This document shows, piece after piece, positions 62,593-64,000 of a DNA stretch of 64,000 nucleotides; position 1 is the first letter of the stretch, and every line of letters starts with the position of its first letter. The position numbers and the translations under genes were made by a program. Location of the stretch: assembly GCF_009914755.1 (NCBI RefSeq), contig NC_060932.1; one strand, written 5' to 3'. The notes beneath the pieces were generated by a model. That model saw nothing but the letters and a program-made list of their open reading frames with translations. It did no database searches and was not told where the DNA came from. This stretch comes from the human T2T-CHM13v2.0 reference genome, Homo sapiens.

Positions 62593-63152
62593 TTCATATA
62601 GTGCCTGCACACACTCTATTTTGAGGTAGTTTCTCCAATTCAAATACATATCCTAGAACGGTTAAAGGGAGCTTTCATCTCTTCTGCTTGCTGTGATCCC
62701 AAACCAAAGGTAAACATGTGCTGGCAAGCTACCCCAGGTGGCGATGAAAAATGGCCCTAACCTTTCCTCCACACCCATCCTCAGTCCCACTCCTTCATCT
62801 TTACCGCCCCTCTTGTACAGAGCCTAAACCACAGCTCAACTTACTGACTTATCTGAACCCTTCCTCCTCCTAGAGTAATAGACAATAAGGGAATGACTCC
62901 ACTCAACATCCCCCGAGTTCCTTGAAATGTGCCCAGGAACTACCAAGCATGAATCTAGTGCACGGTTAAATTGGCAGAAAGGGACAGCTGGGACTACTTC
63001 AGGCATGTCCTCTGACCCTAACAACTGTGGACACATAATCAAAAGATTGGTACTCTGTGAGCTAGAATGAGAGATCCCAACACAACTGTAATAACATTAT
63101 ATTACCAGTTAATAGGAAATACTGTGCAAATGGACAGAATATCCTGACATAG

Positions 63153-63472
<320 letters not shown>

Positions 63473-63569
63473 TCATGACATTTTTAAAAATCTATGGTTT
63501 CAGCTACCTCTCTTGATACTAGAAATCAAATTTAAGATGCTTCAAACCAATCTCCACACGGTTCTCATC

Positions 63570-63835
63570 AACATCCAGGCTTTTGCCCATGTTTTTCTTC
63601 TCCCTAGAACCTTTTCCCCCATCCTTCCCCTCTCCACTTGGCTAATTCCTCTCCCCACCTGGCTAATTCCCATTGTTCCCTCAAGAGTGGGTGCTGTGAC
63701 ACCCCCGCCAGAACCCCACAGTGCCCTGCAACTTTGCACAGCACTATGACTGCCTAAGGGCAGGGATGGCAGGGCAAGTGCAATGGGAGACACTGGGTCT
63801 AAGACACAGATCAACATATAATAAATGCTTTCACA
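63570..63835 (+). mobile_element. L2 3' fragment
   Basis: ggcttttgcccatgttttt...ccctagaac and ataataaatgct. Confidence 0.55.
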
Positions 63836-64000
63836 AAATTTCTCAGTTAAAACTGACATATTTGTAAGTTAAAATATCAATACTTAATAGTTATCTACTC
63901 AGTGTGCCACAGATTCACATTTCACCACCTAAATCAGTCTAAGAATCTACACTGTACCTTAGGGATAGATTTCACAGTAAGTCTATTAAAGGAACTCAAT

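Overview
Human (hominid) genomic DNA that is almost entirely intronic and dominated by repeats. I recognise it as the 5' region of PTK2 (focal adhesion kinase, FAK), transcribed on the minus strand. It holds the 89-nt non-coding 5'-UTR exon at 3627-3715, about 60 kb of the large first intron, and an antisense Alu near 62.1 kb whose translation [11 protein letters not shown] matches the N-terminal extension I recall for a longer FAK isoform. The rest is about 35 Alu/FLAM/FAM elements (one a very young AluYa5), a 1.4-kb L1PA4-like fragment, older L1M/L2/MIR pieces, solo LTRs (THE1, MST, MER52, LTR47-like), Tigger and Charlie DNA transposons, a 5S rRNA pseudogene and short tandem duplications. 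Nearly all ORFs in the six-frame track are Alu/L1/LTR artefacts. I see no new multi-gene system. The most interesting signal is a set of transposon-derived and cryptic minus-strand leader exons carrying uORFs, plus a few unusual insertion relics. Gene identity and repeat subfamilies come from remembered sequences, not database searches, and the boundaries of old repeats are approximate.
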